Virus record (IMG/VR): IMGVR_UViG_3300048599_000194
Coordinates: 32,001-96,000 of that record
Strand: one strand, 5' to 3'
DNA length: 64,000 bases
Origin: a virus
Lineage: Duplodnaviria; Heunggongvirae; Uroviricota; Caudoviricetes
In this document: positions 1 through 8,867 of the stretch, piece after piece
Layout of the letters: every line of letters begins with the position of its first letter
Position numbering within the stretch: position 1 is the stretch's first letter
Translations under genes and position numbers: made by a program
The notes under the pieces: model-generated
Told to the model about the DNA's origin: nothing
Seen by the model: the letters and a program-made list of their open reading frames with translations, nothing else
Database searches by the model: none

Positions 1-404
1 TTCATTCCAGCTTCTTCAGGGGTACGTCCTGCTTTTCTATTGTTACAACTCTTACATGCAGAAATACAATTCATCCATGAATCTTTACCACCCTTCACCT
101 GGGGAATGATGTGGTCAACTGTCATGTATTTCGAAGAATGCCTCTCTCCACAGTATGCGCATACATTATTGTCTCTATCATTAATTGCATCATAGTCAAA
201 TTTTACTTTTTTACTAATTCTAAGTGATCTAGGGGCGACTATGATTTCTGGTAGATACCATTTATCGTGCGCTGAGTAAACTGTCTTATTGCTATAATCC
301 AATACCGAGAAACGATTGCTAATAATGTTAGCAATTGCCTCTTCCCATCCGACTACTGCCATTGGTTTGTATGAATTATCTACAATTAATACTTGGTGTT
401 CCAT
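1..404 (-). CDS. HNH endonuclease (McrA/HNH_5-like), runs off the window edge
   Basis: Not in the ORF track. Manual translation from ATG at 404: MEHQVLIVDNSYKP...RDNNVCAYCG...TVDHIIPQVKGGKDSWMNCISACKSCNNRKAGRTPEEAGM, with CxxC, DH and CxxCN motifs. Confidence 0.9.
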   Translation of the reverse strand, partial: MEHQVLIVDNSYKPMAVVGWEEAIANIISNRFSVLDYSNKTVYSAHDKWYLPEIIVAPRSLRISKKVKFDYDAINDRDNNVCAYCGERHSSKYMTVDHIIPQVKGGKDSWMNCISACKSCNNRKAGRTPEEAGM

Positions 405-411
405 GTTACCC

Positions 412-720
412 TCAGAGAATCAGAGGTTCTGATTCGGCTTTCTTTTTCCTAATAGCTCTTGTATATTTTGCTGGGATCTCCCCACCCCATTGAGCCTCTA
501 TTATCTTTTCTCTTTTATCCTTTGCCGCAAGACTCATCTCCTTAGTGATCTTTCGCATGTTCACTAAATGTTTCTTAACTCGTCTCACAGTAGAGTATGA
601 ATTACCTTCAGCCATTGCAGTGAAATCTCGCCTCAGACTCTCTGAAACTTCAAGTAATAAACGGACTAGAGTATGATACATCTCCTCGTCCCGTTCAATG
701 ACGATCTTCTTACGAGCCAT
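412..720 (-). CDS. Small basic protein resembling the Hc1 histone H1-like family
   Basis: DFTAMAEGNSYSTVRRVKKHLVNMRKITKEM resembles the Hc1 core (GNKAAGTRARK); Lys/Arg-rich; ATG at 720 lies 6 nt after TGCTACAAT. Confidence 0.5.
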   Translation of the reverse strand: MARKKIVIERDEEMYHTLVRLLLEVSESLRRDFTAMAEGNSYSTVRRVKKHLVNMRKITKEMSLAAKDKREKIIEAQWGGEIPAKYTRAIRKKKAESEPLIL

Positions 721-763
721 GTTCATATTGTAGCAGAGTCCGAGTCACCCTGCCATCTATCCA

Positions 764-2656
764 CTACATCAAAAAACTCATACTATAATGATTTCGATAT
801 TGGATATATTCTCGAATATAACCCAAATTTCCTATCCACTCAAATTCTTGTTTTTCTGCTTCAGTACTATCATATGATCTAGTCTGAGGATGAGTCACAG
901 TAATAGAATAATCTCTACCTACAATTTTACCTTCTCTAGTTGCGAACATTGCCGCTAATAAATCTATTCCAAATCCAATCTTGTTTACTTCATTATCTAC
1001 ATTTCCAACAGCAAATGCCGCATCTGAAGTTAACATCCAACACATTCCATCAGTATTTGGAACCACCTTGATATCTCTCGAATAATCTGGTAAAGAAGAC
1101 ATATCATAATTCCAGAACGTATAATTAACATTCGGTGCATAAATTGCGGCTTTTTCTGACTTGAAGAATGCTTTTGCGTTGTTTATTAACTTCCTCACAT
1201 CGTGAATTGTTACGTCAGATGTAATAATCATCATATGGCTCCCTGTTAACATATCAAGAGCTTCATTCCATAATCCACTATAGTAGATATTTTCAAATGC
1301 ATATACTCCATCATCTTCAGGAACCGGATTACCACTATAACTATCAAGAACAACCGCTGACACTCCAATTTCACTAAATTGATTTTTTAATTTCAGTGCA
1401 TTGTCCATCAACCCATAATTAAAAATGAACACTTGAAGATCGAAATCCATTATCTTAGCTGTCGATTTTTCTCCAAATATATAGCTCCATTCACGTTCTA
1501 GTATTTGATCCTCAATAGGATTTAATCTTTTACCAATTAATTCCTTTACATTCACGTAGAAATCTAAAGAATTGCTAAGAATAGCATCTCTACTTGCCAC
1601 AAACTGAGCACCAGCACCAAATTTGAATGAAGGGGGGCATTCATATTCAGGGTAAATAGCATCCCAGAATCTTTGTAATGGCAATCCTGGATGATGCGGC
1701 TCTCCATTAACATTACATTCTAGAGTCCCCCTGGAAAGTGCTTCATAATATGCTGAATGAGATCCTTCAATCAAATCAAATATATTTGGACAGTGCGTTG
1801 CAACTTGGCTAGTTCTAATGAAATAGGTATATTCTGGCAGATCCTCGTAATTATCAATGATATAATCCAAATACGAAAGTGCATATGAATTATAGCAATT
1901 TCTATAAATCTCATGAGATAACTGTGAATTCTTAAATGGAGTTAAATCCATATTAGAATCTACATGAATACACATATTCTTATGTGATCTAGGGACTTTT
2001 AGCTTCTTTACATACAATTCGCGGGGGATTACCTTATCGTAATGAAATCCAACGAGTCCATTATTTTTAAGATTGATTGCGCCTAGACTACCAATCCAAA
2101 ATTCGGCCCCGTATCTATTATCAAATGTCTGATTCTGTAGTTTAGGATTTGATAATCCTCGCAAAGCCCCTGACATAATCCACCAGAAATTTCCGGAAAA
2201 ATGAACAGTTGTTGCGTTTGACTTATTTGCTCCAACCGAGATAGCACCATCTCTCAGCATGGAAAAACAGGTGCGCCAATCCTCTACAAGATAATACAGT
2301 AGACCATCAACCCATGTATTGACCCCCTGTTTTTTGGGGTGATCAATTGAATAACTAGCGCCTTTACTGTGTAAATATAATAAAGGTACGTCTTCAATAC
2401 TAACGTAGTCATCATACATCGCTTCGAGAGTAGGCCATTCAGTTCTCGTATTTCTAACATGCCGGAAATTAACCTTATGTTCAGGTAGTCCATGTAATTC
2501 AATGCCATCAAAAGGTCTATCATCATTGATGCATATGTTAATAGAATCTGCGAACTCAGCGAGTCCAGACTCAACCAACTTTGAAAATATTTGGAGATTG
2601 ACGTTCTTCCAATCACCTTCACGCCAAAGATGATAGTAGATTACCGGCCTTTTCAT
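764..2656 (-). CDS. Multidomain glycosyltransferase-like protein (YLHSKG domain + DUF3431-like + GT-A-like C-terminus)
   Basis: YLHSKGAS...HFSGNFWW...AEFWIG; YLDYIIDNYEDLPEY...GAQFVASRDAI...LEREWSYIF; C-terminal ITSDV, GFGIDL. Confidence 0.7.
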   Translation of the reverse strand: MKRPVIYYHLWREGDWKNVNLQIFSKLVESGLAEFADSINICINDDRPFDGIELHGLPEHKVNFRHVRNTRTEWPTLEAMYDDYVSIEDVPLLYLHSKGASYSIDHPKKQGVNTWVDGLLYYLVEDWRTCFSMLRDGAISVGANKSNATTVHFSGNFWWIMSGALRGLSNPKLQNQTFDNRYGAEFWIGSLGAINLKNNGLVGFHYDKVIPRELYVKKLKVPRSHKNMCIHVDSNMDLTPFKNSQLSHEIYRNCYNSYALSYLDYIIDNYEDLPEYTYFIRTSQVATHCPNIFDLIEGSHSAYYEALSRGTLECNVNGEPHHPGLPLQRFWDAIYPEYECPPSFKFGAGAQFVASRDAILSNSLDFYVNVKELIGKRLNPIEDQILEREWSYIFGEKSTAKIMDFDLQVFIFNYGLMDNALKLKNQFSEIGVSAVVLDSYSGNPVPEDDGVYAFENIYYSGLWNEALDMLTGSHMMIITSDVTIHDVRKLINNAKAFFKSEKAAIYAPNVNYTFWNYDMSSLPDYSRDIKVVPNTDGMCWMLTSDAAFAVGNVDNEVNKIGFGIDLLAAMFATREGKIVGRDYSITVTHPQTRSYDSTEAEKQEFEWIGNLGYIREYIQYRNHYSMSFLM

Positions 2657-2661
2657 GTATT

Positions 2662-2889
2662 TTATCCTCTACGGTAGGGTATGAATATCAGATGTTTTAC
2701 TCCCATCGATTCTTTGATCTCAGGGGAGAACAACTCTGCCTGCTTTTTAATGTAATCTGAAGCCTTCGCAGGTGGAAGATTTCCTGTTTCTACCCTAATT
2801 ATAGCAACCTCACCAAAGATCTCAATGTCGATTCCTGGCTTAACTATCTTTAGCTTAACGATTAACCAATTTCTAATCTTCTTAATCAC
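2662..2889 (-). CDS. Hypothetical protein
   Basis: 75 aa ORF packed in the operon. Confidence 0.55.
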   Translation of the reverse strand: MIKKIRNWLIVKLKIVKPGIDIEIFGEVAIIRVETGNLPPAKASDYIKKQAELFSPEIKESMGVKHLIFIPYRRG

Positions 2890-2895
2890 AATGAA

Positions 2896-3438
2896 TTACT
2901 TTCTGAAAATGTAATATGCACCGCAAATTGCATCTTCGGTTAAAAAATTAAATCCAAATTCTGAATATCTATCTAGAAATACTTCATGCGTCAAATCAGG
3001 CTGTAGATGAATCTCATGTTCATTACCATCATACACGCCTTGCTCATATAGATACGGAACCTGCACAACCACCGAGATTCCGGCTTTTTCTATTGCATTT
3101 AGAACTTTTTTAGCGTCTTCTATATTCAAGTGTTCTAGTACATCACCCATTATGGCCAAATTATGCGTCTTGCCTGAAAATTTATACTCCGTCACATTCA
3201 CATTGAATATGTTCCTATACCTATCTTTCAATTTGAAATCATTAATATACTTTTCGTATACCTCAATTCCATCCATCACGTATTCAGGAAATAAATCTCT
3301 GTATATACCAGCGCCACATCCAATGTCAATTATTGATGTATTGTCTGGACTAAAATTCGATTTTATTAGATTTACTACTGATGCGTAGTGTGCAGGGTGA
3401 CTGTATGGCATTTGATTATTTAGGTAGCTGATTTCCAA
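2896..3438 (-). CDS. Class I SAM-dependent methyltransferase
   Basis: IIDIGCGAG motif I, GIE, GDVLEHL. Confidence 0.85.
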   Translation of the reverse strand: MEISYLNNQMPYSHPAHYASVVNLIKSNFSPDNTSIIDIGCGAGIYRDLFPEYVMDGIEVYEKYINDFKLKDRYRNIFNVNVTEYKFSGKTHNLAIMGDVLEHLNIEDAKKVLNAIEKAGISVVVQVPYLYEQGVYDGNEHEIHLQPDLTHEVFLDRYSEFGFNFLTEDAICGAYYIFRK

Positions 3439-4208
3439 AAAATATCAGCTTCAGAAATGGCTTCACTTAGTTCCTTAGAATGAGGACATGTCTTTATTTT
3501 CCATTCACTATATGCCCGATTAGAATCAAATGGATGAATACATCTAATTGAATTAGACATTAAGAACTTATATCCGTTTTTATACGCATCTTTCATTAAA
3601 TTGCAATCATCCGACGCATAAACTCCAAGTACATGGTATCCATTAACTCGATTCCAGAACTCAGTTGAAATGAATAGGCACCCTCCCGCAACTCCACCGT
3701 CTCCATTTGGGTGACATATCATTTCCGTCTGATGTGCGCCTCCATAATAATATGTATTCTCATAACACAATGGTAGTATTTGACAATTATTCTCTTCCTG
3801 GAATAGAGAAATAAGTGCAGGATTAAGAGACTTAGACCTCGCATATTCAAAGGCTTCAATTAATCTACCAATCAAATCAATCTCGCTCGACTTAAATATA
3901 ATATCAGAATCTGCAGTTAAAAAATATTCTGAATCTCCTATATTATTCAAAGCTAGTTCATTTACAATATACGCCTTTCCATAATTCTTATCAAATCTAA
4001 AAATTTTATATTTTTTACATCTAGAGTGAATATATGATTCTATCTCAGCCCACAATACATCTGAGGATGCATATCCGCCGAATACGCATTCAAATGAATA
4101 TTCTTGAGCATCATAATAATCAAAAAAACTATTCAAACTAAGTAAATTCCTACGTAACATTTCGTCATTTGGCGCAAATATTGGCTGTATATATTTAACG
4201 AGCATCAA
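3420..4208 (-). CDS. GT2-like glycosyltransferase
   Basis: NYGKAY..N, TADSDI (DxD), GGCLFI, VNGY, YASDD. Confidence 0.8.
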   Translation of the reverse strand: MMLVKYIQPIFAPNDEMLRRNLLSLNSFFDYYDAQEYSFECVFGGYASSDVLWAEIESYIHSRCKKYKIFRFDKNYGKAYIVNELALNNIGDSEYFLTADSDIIFKSSEIDLIGRLIEAFEYARSKSLNPALISLFQEENNCQILPLCYENTYYYGGAHQTEMICHPNGDGGVAGGCLFISTEFWNRVNGYHVLGVYASDDCNLMKDAYKNGYKFLMSNSIRCIHPFDSNRAYSEWKIKTCPHSKELSEAISEADIFWKSAT

Positions 4209-4968
4209 AAAAACCTTTCAAATCAACACTTTCATATTTACTATATTCGACTGCATATCTGACATTAGTTTCATTTGCTACTGTTATTAGACTATTAATT
4301 CCTGAATCTTTTCTCCACGACATTCCTTCAAAGTGTGTAAAATATTCACCTTCCAGGTTATGATTTAATACCCTAGCGCCGCATCTCATAGCATCTTCTA
4401 AAAATGTAGCACCTACGTCATATTTTTTAATGTCATGATATTCAGTAACTGGAATATTTTGATAGAATCCTTCTGATCTAGTTTCTTTAATTCTATTCAT
4501 ATCTACAAATCTAATACTATGGTTCCTAATAAATTCAACATCAATGAAACAATACCACGGATGTATTCTGCGATGCAGTAAATATCCACCCCTATCACCT
4601 TCAACTCTACCTGCCAACTGAATACCATTCAGTATATATTCATTGATCACATTGAATAATGATCGATTGAATACAACATCAGAATCAACTAATAGCATAT
4701 ACTTAGTACTAACTAATTGTAATGCGGCTTCCACCCCCCTATAATGAACAGAACCTCTATTTCGAATATATGGTATTTCATTTTCTACATAAAAAGGTAT
4801 GCTATCGTCATTTGTTGAATGTTCCATGAGGAGACATTTATTACTCACGTCGTGATTATGATATTTCCACGATCTGAGCATTGTTTGTATTTGTTCTGGA
4901 GTATTGTAATTACAACTTACAAGCGTTAAATCAACCATTTTCAAAAACCTCATCAATAGTAATTGCAT
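4195..4968 (-). CDS. GT2-like glycosyltransferase
   Basis: VSCNYNT, LLVDSDV (DxD), YDVG, HFEGMSW. Confidence 0.75.
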   Translation of the reverse strand: MQLLLMRFLKMVDLTLVSCNYNTPEQIQTMLRSWKYHNHDVSNKCLLMEHSTNDDSIPFYVENEIPYIRNRGSVHYRGVEAALQLVSTKYMLLVDSDVVFNRSLFNVINEYILNGIQLAGRVEGDRGGYLLHRRIHPWYCFIDVEFIRNHSIRFVDMNRIKETRSEGFYQNIPVTEYHDIKKYDVGATFLEDAMRCGARVLNHNLEGEYFTHFEGMSWRKDSGINSLITVANETNVRYAVEYSKYESVDLKGFFDAR

Positions 4969-5734
4969 ATTTCTTTAGATAATCAAATTTTAGATTTATT
5001 GCATTAGCGTCCATATTATATTGGTGCCCGTAATTATGCTTTTTGTTAAAATCAGACAACCTATTCTTAAATTCTGCATGTCTGTTAATTACATATTCAC
5101 GATCAACGTATTTCATATGAAATAGATATAGCGGTTCAATTGTTGATTCGACTTCAATGGATTTCTTAATTTTGTCATTATCCGAATGAGTTACACTAAA
5201 CATATGACATCCTGGTCTATATATTGGAATTAACTCTCTACTGAAAATGCATCTCTTATTGAATGTGCTATCCATTACATATTTCTTATCGTTTGCTGTA
5301 GATAAATCATACGCATCATCAAATGTATCGGTTACAACTTGAACACCTAAAACTTTAGGAAGAATATAGCCTTTCTTCATTGAAGCTAGGTATCTAATAA
5401 GGCGCTTTTTATCCCCCATGTCAGCATTTTTGACATCTAGGTATTCATCACAATCAACCACAATATAATAGTCTGACTTATATTTCTTCCATGCATTATT
5501 TTTAATTTCTAGATATACGTCATCTCGTATTTGATTATTTGTATCGTAATCTATGATTTCAATTTTACATCCAGGGAAATCGTCAGCGGCTTCCTTACAA
5601 AGTTCGACGGTTCGATCCGTAGACATGTTATTATAGACGACTATCCTTTTAACCCCTAACATGGCATAATGCGCCAAGAATGAGTAAATGGATTTCTCTT
5701 CGTTATAGCAAACGGTCAAAACTGTAATTCTCAT
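4931..5734 (-). CDS. GT2-like glycosyltransferase (Glyco_tranf_2_4 type)
   Basis: VCYNEE, NNMSTDRT, VVDCDEY, PGCH, LFHMKY. Confidence 0.85.
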   Translation of the reverse strand: MRITVLTVCYNEEKSIYSFLAHYAMLGVKRIVVYNNMSTDRTVELCKEAADDFPGCKIEIIDYDTNNQIRDDVYLEIKNNAWKKYKSDYYIVVDCDEYLDVKNADMGDKKRLIRYLASMKKGYILPKVLGVQVVTDTFDDAYDLSTANDKKYVMDSTFNKRCIFSRELIPIYRPGCHMFSVTHSDNDKIKKSIEVESTIEPLYLFHMKYVDREYVINRHAEFKNRLSDFNKKHNYGHQYNMDANAINLKFDYLKKYAITIDEVFENG

Positions 5735-5749
5735 GTGAGTATTATAGCG

Positions 5750-6130
5750 TTATTGCTTCTTATCGTCTTCAGTAGATTCTGATTTAGCTTCCGAATCGGA
5801 TTCATCTTCTGCGTTTGTGTTAGTTTCGTCTACTGTTTTTTCTGCTTCTTGCTCAGGTTCACTGTCTTGTGTTCTTGGCTGTTTAGATTCTTCAGTTGCC
5901 GTATAAATTCCCTTTTCTGCAAATCGACCGACAACATACGTACCCATTGCAGTTCCTAGAAAAACATCTGCCATGTGGATAATAGATTCATTTAATGGCA
6001 CTGAATATAAAAATGAGGCCATCAATATAAATGAATAAATTGCAACTGAATATGTAGCGATTACTCGTTTGTTTGATGGATTTCCGTCAGGTTCCGTAAA
6101 AATCCTCTGAATAAAATTCTTCCACTTCAT
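5750..6130 (-). CDS. Putative holin (two TM helices, acidic C-terminal tail)
   Basis: SNKRVIA followed by two hydrophobic segments; divergent from the endolysin; ATG at 6130 lies 5 nt after ATAAATA. Confidence 0.5.
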   Translation of the reverse strand: MKWKNFIQRIFTEPDGNPSNKRVIATYSVAIYSFILMASFLYSVPLNESIIHMADVFLGTAMGTYVVGRFAEKGIYTATEESKQPRTQDSEPEQEAEKTVDETNTNAEDESDSEAKSESTEDDKKQ

Positions 6131-6163
6131 GTAAATATTTATCGAAAGGCTAAATATTTGCAT
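6128..6163. promoter_or_regulatory. Back-to-back late promoters (ATAAATA on - at 6136-6142; CTAAATA on + at 6150-6156) within an imperfect inverted repeat
   Basis: catgtaaatatttat-cgaaagg-ctaaatatttgcat; matches the motif found before the structural genes. Confidence 0.75.
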
Positions 6164-6181
6164 CAATAAGGAGGAGAATAA

Positions 6182-6580
6182 ATGTTAACAAAATATTTTA
6201 AGGCTGAAGAACTATTACCAAAAGGCGTCACAGATACCACGCTTCTTGATCCTAAGCTCTTGCAGTTAATTGACGAGGTTAGAGAGATTCTTGGAGTCCC
6301 TTGTACCATCAACAATTACGCGCAGGGTGGCACTCGTCAATGGTGTGGACTTCGCACTTCTGCATGTACGGAAGGTGCCCCTAAGAGCCAACATCGCCTA
6401 GGAAAAGCCGCTGACTTGCATCCATCGGGTATGAGTGCAGAAGTGGCTCGTGGTAAAATCAAACAAGCAGTCGCAGATGGTAAATTAAAAAATCTGGGTG
6501 GAGTTGAAAACAATGTCAGTTGGCTCCATGTTGACATTCGCCCAAGAGTGAATGGAAAGGTGTTGTGGTTCAATGCCTAA
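6182..6580 (+). CDS. Endolysin, peptidase M15 family
   Basis: GLR, SQHRLGKAADL, WLHVD zinc motifs; SD AAGGAGG. Confidence 0.85.
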   Translation: MLTKYFKAEELLPKGVTDTTLLDPKLLQLIDEVREILGVPCTINNYAQGGTRQWCGLRTSACTEGAPKSQHRLGKAADLHPSGMSAEVARGKIKQAVADGKLKNLGGVENNVSWLHVDIRPRVNGKVLWFNA

Positions 6581-7127
6581 TAAAACAAAAATAATCAACT
6601 CACTATGGATTGCTCTATTTTTGGCTTTTTCGTTATTTGTATGGATTAATCCTAGGTCATGTTCTAGAAACACTGGAATAATAGATACTTTATCTAGTAA
6701 GGCACATACAGAACAGCAAATAATGCGAGATACCGTATGGAAATACGACACCGTTAAATTAAAGGCTGATGTGATTTACAAGACTAAGCACGATACACTA
6801 TGGACGCTAAAGCCATCTGATGTCGATTCAATGTTCAATGTAGTATACCCTAGAGATTCAATTGACACTACTAACTATTCAACAGGATACACTCAACTGC
6901 GAAAGGCTATTGACACTCATAATAAGAGCATCAGAGACTCGATCAAAGAGCAAGCATCCGTTGAACAAGTGAAGGCTTGTACGACAACTGTAACTAAGAT
7001 AGTGAATCAGATAGATACCGTAAAAACAACTATTCAAGAGCCATCAAAAACTAATTGGAAAAGCATTGGAATTATTGCGATAATTTCACTATTACTCGGA
7101 GGACTCGGCGGATTTGCCGCCCATTGA
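6573..7127 (+). CDS. Putative spanin-like membrane protein (N- and C-terminal TM segments)
   Basis: Overlaps the endolysin stop; hydrophobic LWIALFLAFSLFVWI and IGIIAIISLLLGGLGG; helical middle. Confidence 0.45.
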   Translation: MPNKTKIINSLWIALFLAFSLFVWINPRSCSRNTGIIDTLSSKAHTEQQIMRDTVWKYDTVKLKADVIYKTKHDTLWTLKPSDVDSMFNVVYPRDSIDTTNYSTGYTQLRKAIDTHNKSIRDSIKEQASVEQVKACTTTVTKIVNQIDTVKTTIQEPSKTNWKSIGIIAIISLLLGGLGGFAAH

Positions 7128-7322
7128 TTCTGCATCTAGAATCATGCCTTCATATCTCACCATAAATTTTCTAGAATATCGAGTCTTTAGAATATGTTCC
7201 ATTAAAGGCTGATTGTCAAGGGAGAACTTAGTTCTCCTTTCTGTTCTAGTGGCTAATTTACAAAAATCTAAAAAGTCTACTTCAAAAACTTTTTTACCAT
7301 TAACAGTTTCATCACCTATCAT
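7092..7322 (-). CDS. Hypothetical protein
   Basis: 76 aa; TAAAAT exactly 6 nt upstream of ATG. Confidence 0.5.
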   Translation of the reverse strand: MIGDETVNGKKVFEVDFLDFCKLATRTERRTKFSLDNQPLMEHILKTRYSRKFMVRYEGMILDAESMGGKSAESSE

Positions 7323-7341
7323 GTATGTATTTTATCTATTT

Positions 7342-8364
7342 TTAGACAAGTACCTTAAAATTTCTGCTAACAAGTGATATTTTCCGGTAATCGTTCATTC
7401 TTCTGTAATTAGATTGCGTTGGTATTAAAAGTGCTCTCTTAAAATCGTGACTAGTTATGTTCATAGTCTCATTCCACACTTTATACGAAGTAGCTTCAAT
7501 TCCAAAATATGCATAATATTGTTTATCAAATGGAGTTAGAATCCTAAAATACTTATATTCAGAAATACTCTTACTATGGACATCTGTATGCCCAATTACA
7601 TAATCGAAACCACCAAACATAAAATCCATGTAATAATCAATATATTCAAATAGATAAGTTATCCTATCTGTTTGAGCTTTAGTTTCTGATTTAATTGTTT
7701 TTCTATTTGCAGTGTGTATTTTTATTTTTGGATGATTCAATAACTCAATGCATAATGCAGACACGCCATTAGATGGATAATGATATTGAAATGGAGACTC
7801 ATTAGATAATTGACCTAGTTGGAGCATGCTATATAACCTACCAGCATCCAATTGACTCTGGTTGGTATTCCATTGATTGCATCCTATTTTCTTAACCAAG
7901 TTCATATAAAAATTATCAGAAAAAATACTCTTCATTAATTTAGTAATGTTTTTATGTTCCTTGTATTCTGAAATAAATTCATCATATGTATAATTCTTCA
8001 ATATATTATCAATATAATCCATTTCCAATTCAAAGCTACTACGGTTTATTGGGAACGAAACGTATTCGTCATATGGACTACTGAATCGCATTTTCTTCAT
8101 TGGAGCTTTTAGATAATTCTCCTCTATCAGAATCGTAGATAAATCAGGTATAAAATCTAAAATCTTAGATAATTGAGCATCGGTCAAAAATAAAGCACAA
8201 TATGATGAATCTTTTATTTGATCAAAATAAAAACCACCATACTCTCCAGTAGTATAGTGGTCAATTCTAGTAATATTCGGCTTAGATGCCAAATATCTAG
8301 CATATAAACATGCTTCTAGAGAGTCCCCGATTACATTAACAACGTCGTCTACTATTCGAACCAT
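7342..8364 (-). CDS. Divergent UDP-galactopyranose mutase (Glf)-like protein
   Basis: YVSFPIN, NQW, YPSNGVSALCIELLNHPKIKI, IDYYMDFMFG match the Glf motif order; FAD motif degenerate (IGDSLEA). Confidence 0.6.
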   Translation of the reverse strand: MVRIVDDVVNVIGDSLEACLYARYLASKPNITRIDHYTTGEYGGFYFDQIKDSSYCALFLTDAQLSKILDFIPDLSTILIEENYLKAPMKKMRFSSPYDEYVSFPINRSSFELEMDYIDNILKNYTYDEFISEYKEHKNITKLMKSIFSDNFYMNLVKKIGCNQWNTNQSQLDAGRLYSMLQLGQLSNESPFQYHYPSNGVSALCIELLNHPKIKIHTANRKTIKSETKAQTDRITYLFEYIDYYMDFMFGGFDYVIGHTDVHSKSISEYKYFRILTPFDKQYYAYFGIEATSYKVWNETMNITSHDFKRALLIPTQSNYRRMNDYRKISLVSRNFKVLV

Positions 8365-8394
8365 CCAAATATTTATGGCCCATATTTAGTTTTT

Positions 8395-8862
8395 TTACTC
8401 GAAATGTTGAGTCCAGAATAATTCAAGGTAATTAACAGACATTACACCCTGAACAACATCAATAAGTGCGAGACTTGAATTAAAAAATAATGTAACGGGG
8501 ACATCATCGAAGCTAACCTTCAATTTATCCCATATCTTTCTATCATCGAATCCATTTATTGAGTCTACTAATAGAATTCTCAAATTATTACTAAAGTGTT
8601 CATTCTTTTCAGCCCACTCACTCACATTAGACAAATTCTCTACACACGATGAGCATGGATCCTTAGAATGAATACTGGTTATTAAAATCATAACCAGTTC
8701 AGGCGAATTATTTAACGATAGTGAAGGATTTGATTCAATAAGCATATCCCTCACGTCATCTGCAATTGTTTTTCGAAAACCGCGAATCTCTCGATCTTCA
8801 AATTCTGCCATTTCATCAACAATCCCACCTGCCACTTCATTTAGATATTCATCTTGATTCAT
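8395..8862 (-). CDS. Thioredoxin-fold protein
   Basis: CSSC motif and downstream VPVTLFF...G cis-Pro region. Confidence 0.6.
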   Translation of the reverse strand: MNQDEYLNEVAGGIVDEMAEFEDREIRGFRKTIADDVRDMLIESNPSLSLNNSPELVMILITSIHSKDPCSSCVENLSNVSEWAEKNEHFSNNLRILLVDSINGFDDRKIWDKLKVSFDDVPVTLFFNSSLALIDVVQGVMSVNYLELFWTQHFE

Positions 8863-8867
8863 GGTTT

